Source: an uncultured Acidobacteriota bacterium (GTDB lineage Bacteria > Acidobacteriota > Thermoanaerobaculia > Multivoradales > UBA5704). Taken from it: a stretch of DNA of 64,000 nt. The number at the start of each line of letters is the position of its first letter. The first letter of the stretch is position 1. The position numbers and the translations under genes are program-made. Of this stretch, positions 54,339 through 64,000 are shown one piece after another. The notes under the pieces were generated by a model that did no database searches, was not told the origin of the DNA, and was given only the letters and a program-made list of their open reading frames with translations. Location: NCBI GenBank assembly GCA_963757335.1, contig CAVWRJ010000013.1:471803-535802 (forward strand), in the 5' to 3' direction.

Positions 54339-54599
54339 CTTTTAGAGGGTAAAGCCAAACCCTCCCGGGGTAAGAGCTTGCCCTCGGAGGGTTGCCCTAC
54401 CCTTTCGGGGGCGAGGTCTCAGGACGCTCTCTGGACGATTTTGGCCTTCCAGGCTCTCCCGGAACCCCTCCGATCTCTCCACAAGCTCTCCACAGGCTTG
54501 GAAAAGTCGTGTGGAAGCCTGCCCAGGTCCTCGGAGTTCCGTCCACAGTCCTCGACGACGATCCCGAGAGCCTCCGAATTCGAACCGAAGCCCTTCCAA

Positions 54600-54860
54600 C
54601 CGCGCTCGACCCTCTCGGTCGGGAACTCGAGCCGGTGCGGCGGGATTTTATGCCGTCCGAATCGAACTCCGAGACGTCCTCGTTCAACTCCGAGAGCCTC
54701 GGGCAGATCTCCAAGGGCCGTGGGCGGAATTTCGAGACCTTCGGTCAGAACCCCGAGGGGTTTGGCGGGAACTCGCAAGGGGTCTGTTGGAACTCGGAGA
54801 GGTTTGGCAGCAACTCGGAAGGGTTCGGTTGGAATTTCGAGGGGTTCCCGAGACTCGTGG
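54600..54860. repeat. Degenerate tandem array with 21-bp period (~12 units), consensus approx GGAACTCGGAGRGGTTYGGYN; same family as 32081..32500
   Basis: Units read in register (ggaatttcgagaccttcggtc / agaaccccgaggggtttggcg / ggaactcgcaaggggtctgtt / ggaactcggagaggtttggca / gcaactcggaagggttcggtt / ggaatttcgaggggttcccga); region is lower GC and has no convincing ORF. Confidence 0.55.
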
Positions 54861-54927
54861 GTAGGTTGAGGCGATTTCCTCGATCGCCTGCCTCTGCCCG
54901 CCGCCCCTGTTACAATCCCGGCCGTAA

Positions 54928-56000
54928 ATGGCCGCAGACGAGACCCTTCCCACGCCGGAGCGCCTGCTCGCCCTGATCGGTGGCATGGCGGGCCGGCCGG
55001 TCGTCCTCCTCGTCGACCTCGTGGCGGACCGGTTCGTGACCGGTATCCCGAAGCGGATCAGCCGCGAGGCGCCGGTCCTCATCCTCTCCTACCAGGGGGA
55101 GGTGCTGACCCCGGGCGGCGGGGCCAACGCGGTGGCGAACGTGGCGGCGCTCGGCGGCCGGCCCCTCCCCCTCGGGGTGGTAGGGGACGATCCGAGCGGC
55201 CGCGAGCTCGTCGCCGCTCTCGAAGCTCTCGGGGTCGAGACCGCCGGCATCCTCACCCGGCCGGGCTACCGCACTCCCACCAAGGTCCGCATCCTGGGCG
55301 GCGGTCGGCATTCGATCAAGCAGCAGATCGTGCGCTACGACATCGAGGATCACCTCACCCTGACCGAGGGCGAGCGCCAGCGTCTTCGCCGAGCGCCTCG
55401 CCGGCTGGGCCGGGCTCGCGCCGCGGGCCGCCATCCTCTCGGACTACGGCTACGGCGCCGTCGAGCCGGCCCTCCTCCCGGTCGTGCGGCGCCGCCCTCG
55501 GGCCGGCGGCGACCCTGGTCTGCGACAGCCGCTACCGGTTGGGCGAATTCGCCGGTCTGGACGGCGCCACCCCCAACGAGGAGGAGGCCGAGGCGCTCCT
55601 CGGGGGGGCCATCGAGGACGATCCCGGCCGGCTGGCGGCCGGGGGGAGGCGGCTCCTCGACCGGCTTGCCGCCCGCTTCCTCCTCATCACCCGGGGGAGC
55701 CGCGGGATGAGCCTGTTCACCTCCGGCGGTTCCGGGAGCCCTGGCGGAGCGGCGCACCTGCCGGTCCACGGCACCGACCAGGTGGCGGACGTCACCGGGG
55801 CGGGCGACACGGTGATCGGCACCTTCGCCCTCGCCCTGGCGGCGGGCGCCACGCCGCTCGAAGCCGCCCTCCTCGCCAACTACGCCGGCGGGGTGGTGGT
55901 GATGAAGATGGGGACCGCCACCCTCTCGCCCGAGGAGCTCGCGCGGGCCGTCCGGAGCGATCCCCGCCCCATCGAGGAGCTTCAATGGGCCAGGTCGTAA
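54928..56000 (+). pseudogene. hldA: D-glycero-beta-D-manno-heptose-7-phosphate kinase (HldA / RfaE domain I-like, PfkB family) disrupted by two +1 frameshifts (~55380 and ~55495)
   Basis: Homologous translation continues 54928-55380 in frame 1, 55382-55495 in frame 2 ([27 protein letters not shown]), then frame 0 to 56000 (...[11 protein letters not shown]...); ORF track shows the three pieces. Confidence 0.65.
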
Positions 56001-56504
56001 CCCTCCCCGAGCTGCGCGACAAGGTCGCCGCACGGAAGGCCGCCGGCCAGCGGATCGCCTTCGCCAACGGCCACTTCGACATCCTCCATGTCGGCCACCT
56101 GCGCTATCTCCAGGCGGCGAAGGCGGAGGGGGACGTCCTCGTCGTGGGGATCAACTCCGACACCTCCGGTGGAGCGCTTGAAGGGTCCCGACCGGCCGAT
56201 CGTGCCGGCGGTGGAGCGGGCCGAGCTCCTGGCCGCCCTCGTCCCGGTCGACTTCGTCGTAGTCTTCGAGGGCGACTCCCCGGCGTCCCTCCTGGCCGAC
56301 CTCCAGCCGGACGTCCACTGCAAGGGGACCGACTACGGCTCCCCCGAGCGGGTGCCCGAGTACGAGACCGTCCGCGGCTACGGCGGCAGGACCGCCCTGG
56401 TCGGCGACCCCAAGGATCACGCCACGAGCGACGTGATCGCCAAGATCCGGAGGAAGAGCGACCTCGTCGACAGCATTCGCAAGATGGAAGATCTCGCCGG
56501 ATGA
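55985..56504 (+). pseudogene. hldC: D-glycero-beta-D-manno-heptose-1-phosphate adenylyltransferase (HldC / RfaE domain II-like) disrupted by one +1 frameshift (~56166)
   Basis: [13 protein letters not shown]...[17 protein letters not shown]...VVGINSDTS in frame 2, then [35 protein letters not shown]... in frame 0 (extra G in tccgGtggag). Confidence 0.65.
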
Positions 56505-57595
56505 ACCGCCGGCCTCGGCCCTCGAAGATGAGCGAGCGCATCCTCCTCCTGCGCACCAGCGCCCTGGGGGACGTCGTCCACTGCCTGCCGGTGCTCTCGG
56601 CGCTCCGGCGCGCGCGGCCCGAGGCGCGGATCGGCTGGATGGTCGAGGAGGCCATCTCCCCCCTCCTCGCCGGTCACCCCGATCTCGACGAGATCCTCGT
56701 CGTCCGCCTCCGCCGCTGGCGCCGGCGGCCGTTCGCTCTCGAGACTCTCCGCGAGGTCGGCGCCTTCCTCGCCGCCCTCGACCGTTTCGCCCCCGACCTC
56801 GTGCTCGACCTCATGGGCAACCACAAGGCCGGGGTGCTCGCCGCCCTCAGCCTCTCCGACCGCCGGCTCGGCGCCGCCCGCCCCTTTAGGCGCGAGCCCT
56901 CCTCCGCCCTCTGGCTGAGCGAGGGGGTGGCGCTACGGGGGGTGCACGCCGTCGACCGCGCGCTCTCCCTCCTCGACGCCCTGGACATCCCGCCGGCAGC
57001 GGCCGACTTCGGCGGTGCCAAGCTCCTCCCCGAGGCGCCGGAGGCGATCCGCGCACGCCTCGCGGCCCACCCGGAGCCCTTCGTCCTCCTCCACCCCGGG
57101 GCGGGCTGGGGCAACAAGCGCTACCCGCCGGCCTGGTGGGGGGAGGCGGCCCGGCAGGTCCGAGCAACGACCGGCGTTCCCTTCTGGGTGGGGGTCGCTC
57201 CGGGCGAGGAAGCTCTCGCCGCCGAGGTGGTGGCGGCCGCGGCGGGAGCTGCCCGGGCCGTTCCCGCCCCCGATCTCGCCTCTCTCGCCGCCCTCTCCCG
57301 GGCGGCCCGGCTGGTGCTCGGCGGCGACTCCGGCCCCCTTCACCTCGCCCACGCCCTCGGCGCGCCGGTCCTCATGCTCATGGGCCCCACCGACCCGGAG
57401 AAAAACGGCCCCTACGGCGCCCCCGAGCGCGCCCTCTGGCAGCGCCTCCCCTGCAGCTTCTGCCACCGCCGGTTCGCCGAGACCAAGGCCTGTCTCCTGG
57501 AGATCCCCCCGGCCCGGGTGGCCGCGCGGGTGGCCGCTCTGGTCGGCGCGCAGGAAGGTAGACAGGAAAGTAGAGATATCACCCAAAACCCATAA
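56501..57595 (+). CDS. Glycosyltransferase family 9 (ADP-heptose:LPS heptosyltransferase-like)
   Basis: ATGA overlap with hldC stop; GT9 sequence ([22 protein letters not shown]...[29 protein letters not shown]); apparently intact. Confidence 0.75.
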   Translation: MNRRPRPSKMSERILLLRTSALGDVVHCLPVLSALRRARPEARIGWMVEEAISPLLAGHPDLDEILVVRLRRWRRRPFALETLREVGAFLAALDRFAPDLVLDLMGNHKAGVLAALSLSDRRLGAARPFRREPSSALWLSEGVALRGVHAVDRALSLLDALDIPPAAADFGGAKLLPEAPEAIRARLAAHPEPFVLLHPGAGWGNKRYPPAWWGEAARQVRATTGVPFWVGVAPGEEALAAEVVAAAAGAARAVPAPDLASLAALSRAARLVLGGDSGPLHLAHALGAPVLMLMGPTDPEKNGPYGAPERALWQRLPCSFCHRRFAETKACLLEIPPARVAARVAALVGAQEGRQESRDITQNP

Positions 57596-57618
57596 ATCCC
57601 TGGAAATCAGGGTTTACG

Positions 57619-57648
57619 TTGACCCCCTTTCCCGGCGGCTGCTACACT
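57619..57648 (+). promoter_or_regulatory. Sigma70-like promoter TTGACC-N18-TACACT upstream of pilB; preceded by short hairpin CCCTG-GAAAT-CAGGG + TTT at 57598..57615
   Basis: Motifs read directly ~75 nt upstream of pilB ATG 57723 (GGTGAGGT RBS). Confidence 0.4.
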
Positions 57649-57722
57649 CCCGGGCACAGAAGCAGGATTCTCCAACATACGAACGACGTGCAGGGGAGCT
57701 TTCGCGGCCCCCAGGGTGAGGT

Positions 57723-59484
57723 ATGGCACAGGTCGATAGCGCGGTACGCAGGCCTCAGTCGGCAGCCGGCTCCGGCAAGTTCGGCGAGCTCCTGGTCAAG
57801 AACGGGAAGATCAGTCCGGCCCAGCTCCAGGAGGCCCTCGCCCAGCAGAAGGACCAGGGGGGCCGGCTCGGCACCAACCTGGTCAAGCTGGGGTACCTCT
57901 CCGACCGCCAGCTCGTCGAGTCGCTCTCCCAGCACTTCAAGGTGCCGTCGGTCGACTTGAAGGGGATGGAGATCGACGATGCGGTGATCAAGATCATCCC
58001 CGCCGACATCGCCCGCAAGTACACCATCCTGCCGGTCAACAAGGCCGGTGCCACGGTCACCGTGGCGATGATCGACCCGACCAACGTCTTCGCCATGGAC
58101 GACGTCAAGTTCATGACCGGCTACAAGGTCGAGCCGGTGGTCGCCTCGGAGAGCAGCATCCGCCTGGCCATCGACCGTTACTACGGATCGACCCACGCGA
58201 TCGAGCTCAAGAAGGTGATGGAGGACCTCTCCGAGGAGCCGGCCGGCGACCTCGAGGTCCTGGACGAGGAGGAGGATCTAGACCTAGCCGCGCTCGAAGA
58301 GGAGTCCGAGCAGGCGCCGGTCGTCAAGCTCGTCAACATCGTCTTGACCGACGCCATCAAGCGCGGCGCCTCGGACATCCACATCGAGCCCTACGAGAAG
58401 GAGTACCGGGTCCGCTACCGGATCGACGGCATCCTCTACGAGATGATGCATCCGCCCTTGAAGCTCAAGGAGGCGATCACCAGCCGGGTCAAGATCATGG
58501 CCCGCTCTGGACATCGCCGAGAAGCGCCTGCCGCAGGACGGCCGCATCAAGATCAAGACCAAGATCTCGGGGAAGAACAAGGACCTCGACTTTCGCGTCT
58601 CGGTCCTCCCCACGATCTTCGGCGAGAAGATCGTCATGCGTCTCCTCGACAAAGACAAGCTGATGCTCGACATGGCGAAGCTCGGCTTCGAGCCCGAGCC
58701 GCTCCGCCGCTTCGAGCAGGCGATCTTGAAGCCCTACGGGATGGTGCTGGTCACCGGACCGACCGGTTCCGGCAAGACCAACACCCTCTACTCGGCGCTC
58801 CAGCGGATCAACACCTCGGAGGTCAACATCATGACCGCCGAGGACCCGGTCGAGTTCAACCTCGCCGGCATCAACCAGGTGCAGATGAAAGAGCAGATCG
58901 GCCTCAACTTCGCCGCCGCTCTGCGCTCCTTCCTCCGTCAGGACCCCAACATCATCCTGGTCGGCGAGGTGCGAGACTTCGAGACCGCCGAGGTGGCGAT
59001 CAAGGCCGCCATGACCGGCCACCTCGTCCTCTCGACCCTCCACACCAACGACGCCCCGTCCTCCATCAACCGCCTGATGAACATGGGCATCGAGCCTTTC
59101 CTGGTCGCCACCTCGATCCACCTGATCGTGGCCCAGCGGCTGGTGCGGCGCATCTGCAGCTTCTGCAAGGAGCCTTCGGAGATGCCGCTCGCGGCGCTCT
59201 TGAACTGCGGCTTCGCGGAGGCCGAGGCGAAGACGCTCAAGCTCTTCCGCGGCCGGGGCTGCGAGCGCTGCAGCACGACCGGCTACAAGGGCAGAGTCGG
59301 TCTCTACGAGGTGATGGAGGTCGACGAGGACGTGCGCGAGCTCATCCTCTCCGGCGCCAGCGCCTTCGAGCTGCGCAACAAGGCGATCCAGAACGGAATG
59401 GTGACGCTCCGCGGCAGCGGCCTGCAGAAGATCCGCGACGGCATGACGACGATCGACGAGGTCGCCCGCGAGACGGTGCTCTAG
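57723..59484 (+). pseudogene. pilB: Type IV pilus assembly ATPase PilB (GspE family) with one +1 frameshift near 58505-58515
   Basis: N-terminal T2SSE_N domain in frame 0 to ...SRVKIMA; ATPase domain (LDIAEKRLPQDGRIKIK...GPTGSGKTNT...) in frame 1; extra base in gcccgcTctggacatc. Confidence 0.7.
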
Positions 59485-59495
59485 GGAAGAATCCC

Positions 59496-59678
59496 CTACC
59501 TCGTGGGCGGGGTCTTGCTCGTCGTCTTGGTGACGCCGCGCAGCACGCCTAAACCGACGAGGATGATGACGCCGGCCGCGATCCAGGCCGATGGCACGTG
59601 GGCGAGGTGAGCCGCGAAGGCGAGCCCGGCGATCAGGATGATGAAGCCGATCAGGTAAGCGGCAAACGAAGTGGACAT
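59496..59678 (-). CDS. Small two-TM membrane protein (60 aa), hypothetical
   Basis: AAGGAG RBS 8 nt before ATG 59676-59678; two hydrophobic helices; basic C-terminus. Confidence 0.55.
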   Translation of the reverse strand: MSTSFAAYLIGFIILIAGLAFAAHLAHVPSAWIAAGVIILVGLGVLRGVTKTTSKTPPTR

Positions 59679-59844
59679 GGTGCGCGTCTCCTTCCGAACC
59701 AGGAGGAAGCAAGGGGCGGGCCAGGAAATCGGCCCCGCGAGGTACCGGCTCGGTGGGGTCCGAGGACGGCGATACCCCTTCGGGGCACATGGCTGCGCGA
59801 AGCGCCCGAAGGAGCCCGCCCGCAGGAGCCAACCGAGCCGGACC

Positions 59845-61431
59845 CTACTTCGGCATCGTCAGCAGCTCCCCCATCAAGTCGATCCCGTACCAGAGATTCG
59901 CCAGGCGGAGGTTCTCGTCCGGGCCGTGCTGCTTGTCGTCGTGGTTGGCGATGGGGACGACGACTGCCGGCTTGGCCAGGAGATCGTTGAAGAGATAGAG
60001 CGGCAGCGAGCCGCCCAAGGTCGGCAGGAGGATGACGTTCTCCCCCGCCGCTCGCGAGGTGGCCTGGACGATCTGGAAGACGATGTCCAGATCCATCGCC
60101 GTCCGCGCCGCCGGGTAGCCGGGCAGGCGGGTGACCTTGGCGATCCGCGGGTGGGCGAGCCGGGTCGCCATGTCCGGGTCGTCGCGGACGATGAAGAAGC
60201 CCTGCTTGCGGATGTGCTCCTCGACCAGGTCGAGCATCTTCTCCGGGTCGTTCCCCTTGACCAGGCGGAGCTCCAACGAGGCCGTGGCGGTCGCCGGGAT
60301 GATGTTCTCGGCGCTGGGGCCGACGTTGCCGCTCGCCATGCCGCGGATGTTCAAGGTCGGCAGCAGCAGGCGCTCCTGGAGCCGCGCATTGTTGTCCTCG
60401 GTCTTGACGAGGCCGAGCTCCTTGCGCAGATCGTCGTCGTTGTCGCGGACGGCGTCGATCGCGGCGCGCTCGGCCGGCCCTAAAGGCTCGACGGTGCTGT
60501 AGAAGCCGGGGACGAGGACATGGCCGTCGTCGTCCTTCATGCTCGTCAGGAGGTTGGCGAGGGTGAAGGCTGGGTTGGGCGCCCAGTTGCCGTAGTGCCC
60601 GCTGTGCAGGTGGCGGACGGCGCCGTAGACCGTGAGCTCCAGGTCGACGACGCCGCGCACCCCGAAGACCAGCTGTGGCCGGCGGCTGGTGTGGACCGGG
60701 CCGTCGCAGAAGAGCCAGACGTCGACTCCCAGCCGGTCGCGGTGCGCTTCGAGATAGCCCTTCAAGTGCTCCGACCCCGCCTCCTCCTCGCCTTCGAGGA
60801 GGACGAGCAGGTTCGAGGTCAGGGGGATCTTCGCCTGGCGCAGAGCATCGAGGGCGGTGAGCAGGGCGATCACCGGTGCCTTGTCGTCTCCCGCCGAGCG
60901 AGCGTAGAGCCGCCACTCCGGGTCGATCGGCTCGCCAGCCTTGGGGAGCGGCCGCTTCACCCCGCCGTTCTCGGAGGCGGCGGTGAGGAGGGTGGGCGAG
61001 AAGGGCGGGTAGACCCACTTCTCGGAGTCGACCGGCTGGCCGTCGTAGTGGGCGTAGAAGCCGAGGGTGCGCTTCGCTCCGGGAACGACGAGCTTCCCGT
61101 AGAGGACCGGCGAGGCCCCGGGGCTCTCCCAGACCTCCATCGTGAGCCCCCGCCGGGAGAGGGCATCCTTCAAGTAGGCGACGTTCCGCGCGATGTTCGC
61201 CGTGTCGCCTGAGACGTTGGGGATCGCCAGGAGGTCGCTGAAGTCGCCGAGGATCTGGGCCCCGTGAGCCTCCCGGTAGCTGCGGACGGCGGCGAGCGCG
61301 CGGTCCTTCTCCGGCGGCTTGGGCTTAGCGGCCCGTGCCGGCTTCGCGGCCGGCTTTGGGGCCGTTTGGCCGAGCGCCGGGACGAGGAGCAGCAGAGCGA
61401 GCGCCCGGACGGCGAGAGAGACGGGTCTCAT
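59845..61431 (-). CDS. M20-family peptidase (dipeptidase-like) with signal peptide
   Basis: Signal peptide + Ala/Lys/Pro linker; M20 catalytic and dimerisation domain blocks (HYDGQP..., AGDDKAPVIALL, LEGEEEAGS). Confidence 0.8.
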   Translation of the reverse strand: MRPVSLAVRALALLLLVPALGQTAPKPAAKPARAAKPKPPEKDRALAAVRSYREAHGAQILGDFSDLLAIPNVSGDTANIARNVAYLKDALSRRGLTMEVWESPGASPVLYGKLVVPGAKRTLGFYAHYDGQPVDSEKWVYPPFSPTLLTAASENGGVKRPLPKAGEPIDPEWRLYARSAGDDKAPVIALLTALDALRQAKIPLTSNLLVLLEGEEEAGSEHLKGYLEAHRDRLGVDVWLFCDGPVHTSRRPQLVFGVRGVVDLELTVYGAVRHLHSGHYGNWAPNPAFTLANLLTSMKDDDGHVLVPGFYSTVEPLGPAERAAIDAVRDNDDDLRKELGLVKTEDNNARLQERLLLPTLNIRGMASGNVGPSAENIIPATATASLELRLVKGNDPEKMLDLVEEHIRKQGFFIVRDDPDMATRLAHPRIAKVTRLPGYPAARTAMDLDIVFQIVQATSRAAGENVILLPTLGGSLPLYLFNDLLAKPAVVVPIANHDDKQHGPDENLRLANLWYGIDLMGELLTMPK

Positions 61432-61442
61432 CGGATCTCCTT

Positions 61443-62006
61443 TTAGGCCCGGCTGTTCCAGAGAACGTCCGGGACCCCCTTCTGATGGTTTTCGTAGCGT
61501 GCCATCACAAAGAGTGCATCGGAAAGCCGATTGAGGTACACCAAAGTGTGAGGTCCGATCGCCTCCGTCCGGGAGAGGGTCAGGACCAACCGCTCGGCCC
61601 GGCGGCAGACGGTACGCGCGACATGCAGATGCGCGGCGCCCGGGGTACCGCCGGGAAGGATGAAGTTGTCGAGCGGAGGGAGCACGGCGGAGAGCTCGTC
61701 CATCAGCGTTTCGAGGGCCAGGACGTGGCGCTCCTCGACCACCGGCACCGGCATCCGCACCTTGTCCTCCTCCAGGATGCAGAGATCGGAGCCGAGGTTG
61801 AAGAGGTCGTTCTGGACCCGTTCGAGGGTCGAAACCAGTCGGCCGTCGAGACCGGCCGCGATCGCCGCGCCGAGCGTGGACGACAGCTCGTCGACCGTGC
61901 CATAGGCCTCAATCCGCGCCGAGTCCTTGGGCACCCGCTGGCCGCCGCCGAGGCCGGTTGTGCCGTCGTCGCCCGTCCTCGTATAGACCCGCGTGATCCG
62001 CGGCAT
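61443..62006 (-). CDS. PduO-type ATP:cob(I)alamin adenosyltransferase
   Basis: [19 protein letters not shown]... canonical PduO/MMAB N-terminus and length. Confidence 0.8.
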   Translation of the reverse strand: MPRITRVYTRTGDDGTTGLGGGQRVPKDSARIEAYGTVDELSSTLGAAIAAGLDGRLVSTLERVQNDLFNLGSDLCILEEDKVRMPVPVVEERHVLALETLMDELSAVLPPLDNFILPGGTPGAAHLHVARTVCRRAERLVLTLSRTEAIGPHTLVYLNRLSDALFVMARYENHQKGVPDVLWNSRA

Positions 62007-62075
62007 GGTCGCCCTCCGGAAGAGGGGGCGACCTTACCGGACCTCGGGCGGCAAATCAAATTCCCCGGTCTCTCC

Positions 62076-62855
62076 TCACGCCCACTTGCCGGCGAGGAGC
62101 GGCTCGACCGGGTGGCCCTCCCGAGCGAGCTTCAGCTCCTTGAAGATATCGGCCGTCTCCTCGGTCTCGCGCTCGGGGTCTAAATCGACGTCGAGCTCGT
62201 GGTCCTCGGCCGAGCCCATGAGGAGCAGCTCCGCCCCCTCGTGGTCGAGGAAGTCCGGGGGGACGGCGGGAAGGAAGCGGCGGCTGCCGAAGCGCTCCTG
62301 AAGCTCGGGCGGAAAGTTCGCCTTCTGCTCCGCTTCCAGGCCGATTCCCGGGGGTGAATCGGCCTCCGGGTTCTTGATCGAGAGGAGGAAAACCCCCTCC
62401 TTGTCGATGTGGAGCTCGCGTTGCACCTCGTCCGGTTCCACCGGCAGCTCCAGGGCGTAGAGGAGATGGGTGTGGTTGCCGTGCCGGGCCACGGCGTAGA
62501 CCCCCTCGCCGGCCGGCCGCGCCGGCGAGCGGACGATACCGCCCCCGCCGCCGGACGAGCCGCCGCGCTCCTCCCGCCCGGGCCCCAGCTCCTCCTCGAT
62601 CGCCGCCGGATCTTCCGCCACCCGTTCGACGTACCCCCAGAACTTCTCGGCGTCGTCCGCCGGCTCCGGGAGCCGCTTCTTGCCCACGGTCAGCACCCGG
62701 AAGAGATCCTTCCCCTCGGGGGAGAGGACAATATGGAAACGCTGTACGTCGACGAGGCTCTGGGGGGCCCCGGTCCGCGCCGACGGACGATAGAAGAAGT
62801 AGACGTTGCCCCGCTCCAGTACCTCGATGTCGATCCCTGCCTCAACTTGCGCCAT
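62076..62855 (-). CDS. Hypothetical protein (259 aa, acidic C-terminal half)
   Basis: AAGGAG RBS 7 nt before ATG 62853-62855; remainder of the 604-aa ORF is antisense of msrP and discarded. Confidence 0.55.
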   Translation of the reverse strand: MAQVEAGIDIEVLERGNVYFFYRPSARTGAPQSLVDVQRFHIVLSPEGKDLFRVLTVGKKRLPEPADDAEKFWGYVERVAEDPAAIEEELGPGREERGGSSGGGGGIVRSPARPAGEGVYAVARHGNHTHLLYALELPVEPDEVQRELHIDKEGVFLLSIKNPEADSPPGIGLEAEQKANFPPELQERFGSRRFLPAVPPDFLDHEGAELLLMGSAEDHELDVDLDPERETEETADIFKELKLAREGHPVEPLLAGKWA

Positions 62856-63002
62856 GACGCGCTCCTTTCTGACTGCGGCGCGCTCGATGCGCCCAAGGAG
62901 AGGCTCTGCAAGGGCGATGCCGCGGTAATCGAGCGGCATCTGCTGGCAATCGCCGGCAAGTCTCGCTTGACGGGGAGGCGCTCCGGTCCTACCCTCGACC
63001 GC

Positions 63003-64000
63003 ATGGCCCACCTCCGCATCCCTCCCTCCTGGGAGATCCCCGAGCGCCTGGCGACACCCGAGGCAGTCTTCCTCAACCGCCGCCAGATCCTGGCCGCTCT
63101 CGGGCTGGGCGCTCTCGCAGCCGGCCTCCCGGCCCAGATCGCCGGCGCCGCTCCAGTCGCTCCCAAGGTGGATCCGGCCAGGATGCTCCTGCCGGCGGTG
63201 GGGCCGCGTTTCAAGGATCGTTTTCCGGCCAGGCGCAACCCGACCTACACCCCGGGCGCTGGCCGCACCCTCACGCCCGAGAACAAGTGCGCGGGCTACA
63301 ACAACTTCTACGAGTTCACGACGGTCAAGAACGAGGTCTGGGAGCATGCCGCGGGCTATCCCGTGGTCCCCTGGAAGGTGGAGGTCGCCGGTCTCGTGGC
63401 AAAGCCGCGCACCTACGATCTGGACGATCTTTTCAAGTTCCCCTTGGAGGAGCGGATCTACCGCCATCGCTGTGTCGAGCGCTGGGCCATGCAGGTGCCC
63501 TGGACGGGCTTCCCCGTAAAGACCCTCCTCGACCAGGTCCAGCCGCTTCAGACGGCAAAGTACGTCCGCTTCGTCTCCTTTGCCGACCCCGAGCGCCTGC
63601 CGGGAGTGAAGGAGACGATCTCCTACTACCCCTGGCCCTACCACGAGGGGCTGCGGCTCGACGAGGCGATGCACCCGCTCGCCTTCGTCGTCCTCGGGAG
63701 CTACGGCCACCCCCTCCCCATGCAGAACGGCGCTCCACTCCGCCTCCACTGCCCCTGGAAGTACGGCTACAAGAGCCCCAAGTCGATCGTCAAGATCGAG
63801 CTCCTGGCCGACCCGCCCCCCACCTTCTGGCACGCCCTCCAGCCGGTCGAGTACGGCTTCTACTCGAACGTCAACCCGAAAAAGCCCCACCCGCGCTGGA
63901 GCCAGGAGATCGAAGAGGACATCGGAACCGGCGAGAAGCGCCAGACGCTCCGCTACAACGGGTATGGGGAACAGGTGGCGGGGATGTACAAGGGGGACGA
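63003..64000 (+). CDS. msrP: Protein-methionine-sulfoxide reductase catalytic subunit MsrP (YedY), molybdopterin enzyme; 3' end outside window
   Basis: Not in ORF track (no stop in window); translated by hand from ATG 63003: Tat motif RRQILAALGLGA, NNFYEF, PLEERIYRHRCVERW, GLRLDEAMHPL, QNGAPLRL, PWKYGYKS, HPRWSQ all match MsrP. Confidence 0.85.
   Translation, partial: MAHLRIPPSWEIPERLATPEAVFLNRRQILAALGLGALAAGLPAQIAGAAPVAPKVDPARMLLPAVGPRFKDRFPARRNPTYTPGAGRTLTPENKCAGYNNFYEFTTVKNEVWEHAAGYPVVPWKVEVAGLVAKPRTYDLDDLFKFPLEERIYRHRCVERWAMQVPWTGFPVKTLLDQVQPLQTAKYVRFVSFADPERLPGVKETISYYPWPYHEGLRLDEAMHPLAFVVLGSYGHPLPMQNGAPLRLHCPWKYGYKSPKSIVKIELLADPPPTFWHALQPVEYGFYSNVNPKKPHPRWSQEIEEDIGTGEKRQTLRYNGYGEQVAGMYKGD

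Noticed and set aside
55380-58515. Programmed +1 ribosomal frameshifting as explanation for the four frameshifts
   Set aside because: Four independent programmed events in three housekeeping genes would be unprecedented, and no shifty motif or stimulatory structure is evident; sequencing error or pseudogenisation is far more likely.
62856-63890. 604-aa minus-strand ORF 62076..63890 taken as one protein
   Set aside because: Only the last 259 codons (from ATG 62855, AAGGAG RBS) look genic; the upstream part is antisense to the strongly supported msrP gene.

Overview
High-GC (~70%) bacterial chromosomal window of 64 kb. Gene content (CarbopepD-type TonB-dependent receptor, ECF42 sigma with DGPF partner, TPR-tailed Ser/Thr kinase, many secreted proteases) points to an Acidobacteriota-like soil organism; that placement is inference only. 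I can support about 55 protein-coding genes and one tRNA-Gln(CTG). Most long ORFs on the opposite strand of real genes are GC-driven artefacts and were discarded. Housekeeping content: gltX + tRNA-Gln, purE/purK, msrP (3' partial), an ADP-heptose locus (hldA-like, hldC-like, GT9 heptosyltransferase) and pilB. The last three carry four +1 frameshifts between them. Accessory content: RelE/Phd and HepT/MntA toxin-antitoxin pairs, two tandem APC permeases, a MarR-YceI operon with a perfect palindromic operator, a two-component system (OmpR-type RR + hybrid HK), an ECF42 sigma-DGPF-VOC module, an ABC importer operon with its own outer-membrane barrel, and a rich secretome (M36 fungalysin with IPTL-CTERM-like tail, S8 peptidase, M20 peptidase, two CAP-domain proteins, Calx-beta and PPC-domain proteins). 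Observations worth a second look: (1) three unrelated secreted proteins share an unrecognised ~105-aa cysteine-bearing C-terminal domain, a candidate sorting or anchoring module; (2) three intergenic tandem-repeat arrays all have a 21-bp period (one near-perfect 15-copy array, two degenerate arrays of a shared family, with single copies upstream of other genes); (3) a ~1.1 kb low-GC gene-free island follows tRNA-Gln, with a promoter-like site, a small basic Cys peptide ORF and strong hairpins; (4) a 1046-aa APH-kinase/M23/class-III-aminotransferase fusion sits next to a Lnu-like small nucleotidyltransferase; (5) a GT-C-like membrane protein with a C-terminal alpha/alpha-toroid domain (QxxxGxW and DADDTA motifs) is followed by a UbiA prenyltransferase; (6) the frameshift cluster in the hldA/hldC/pilB region. 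No CRISPR array, integrase, transposase or rRNA was seen.
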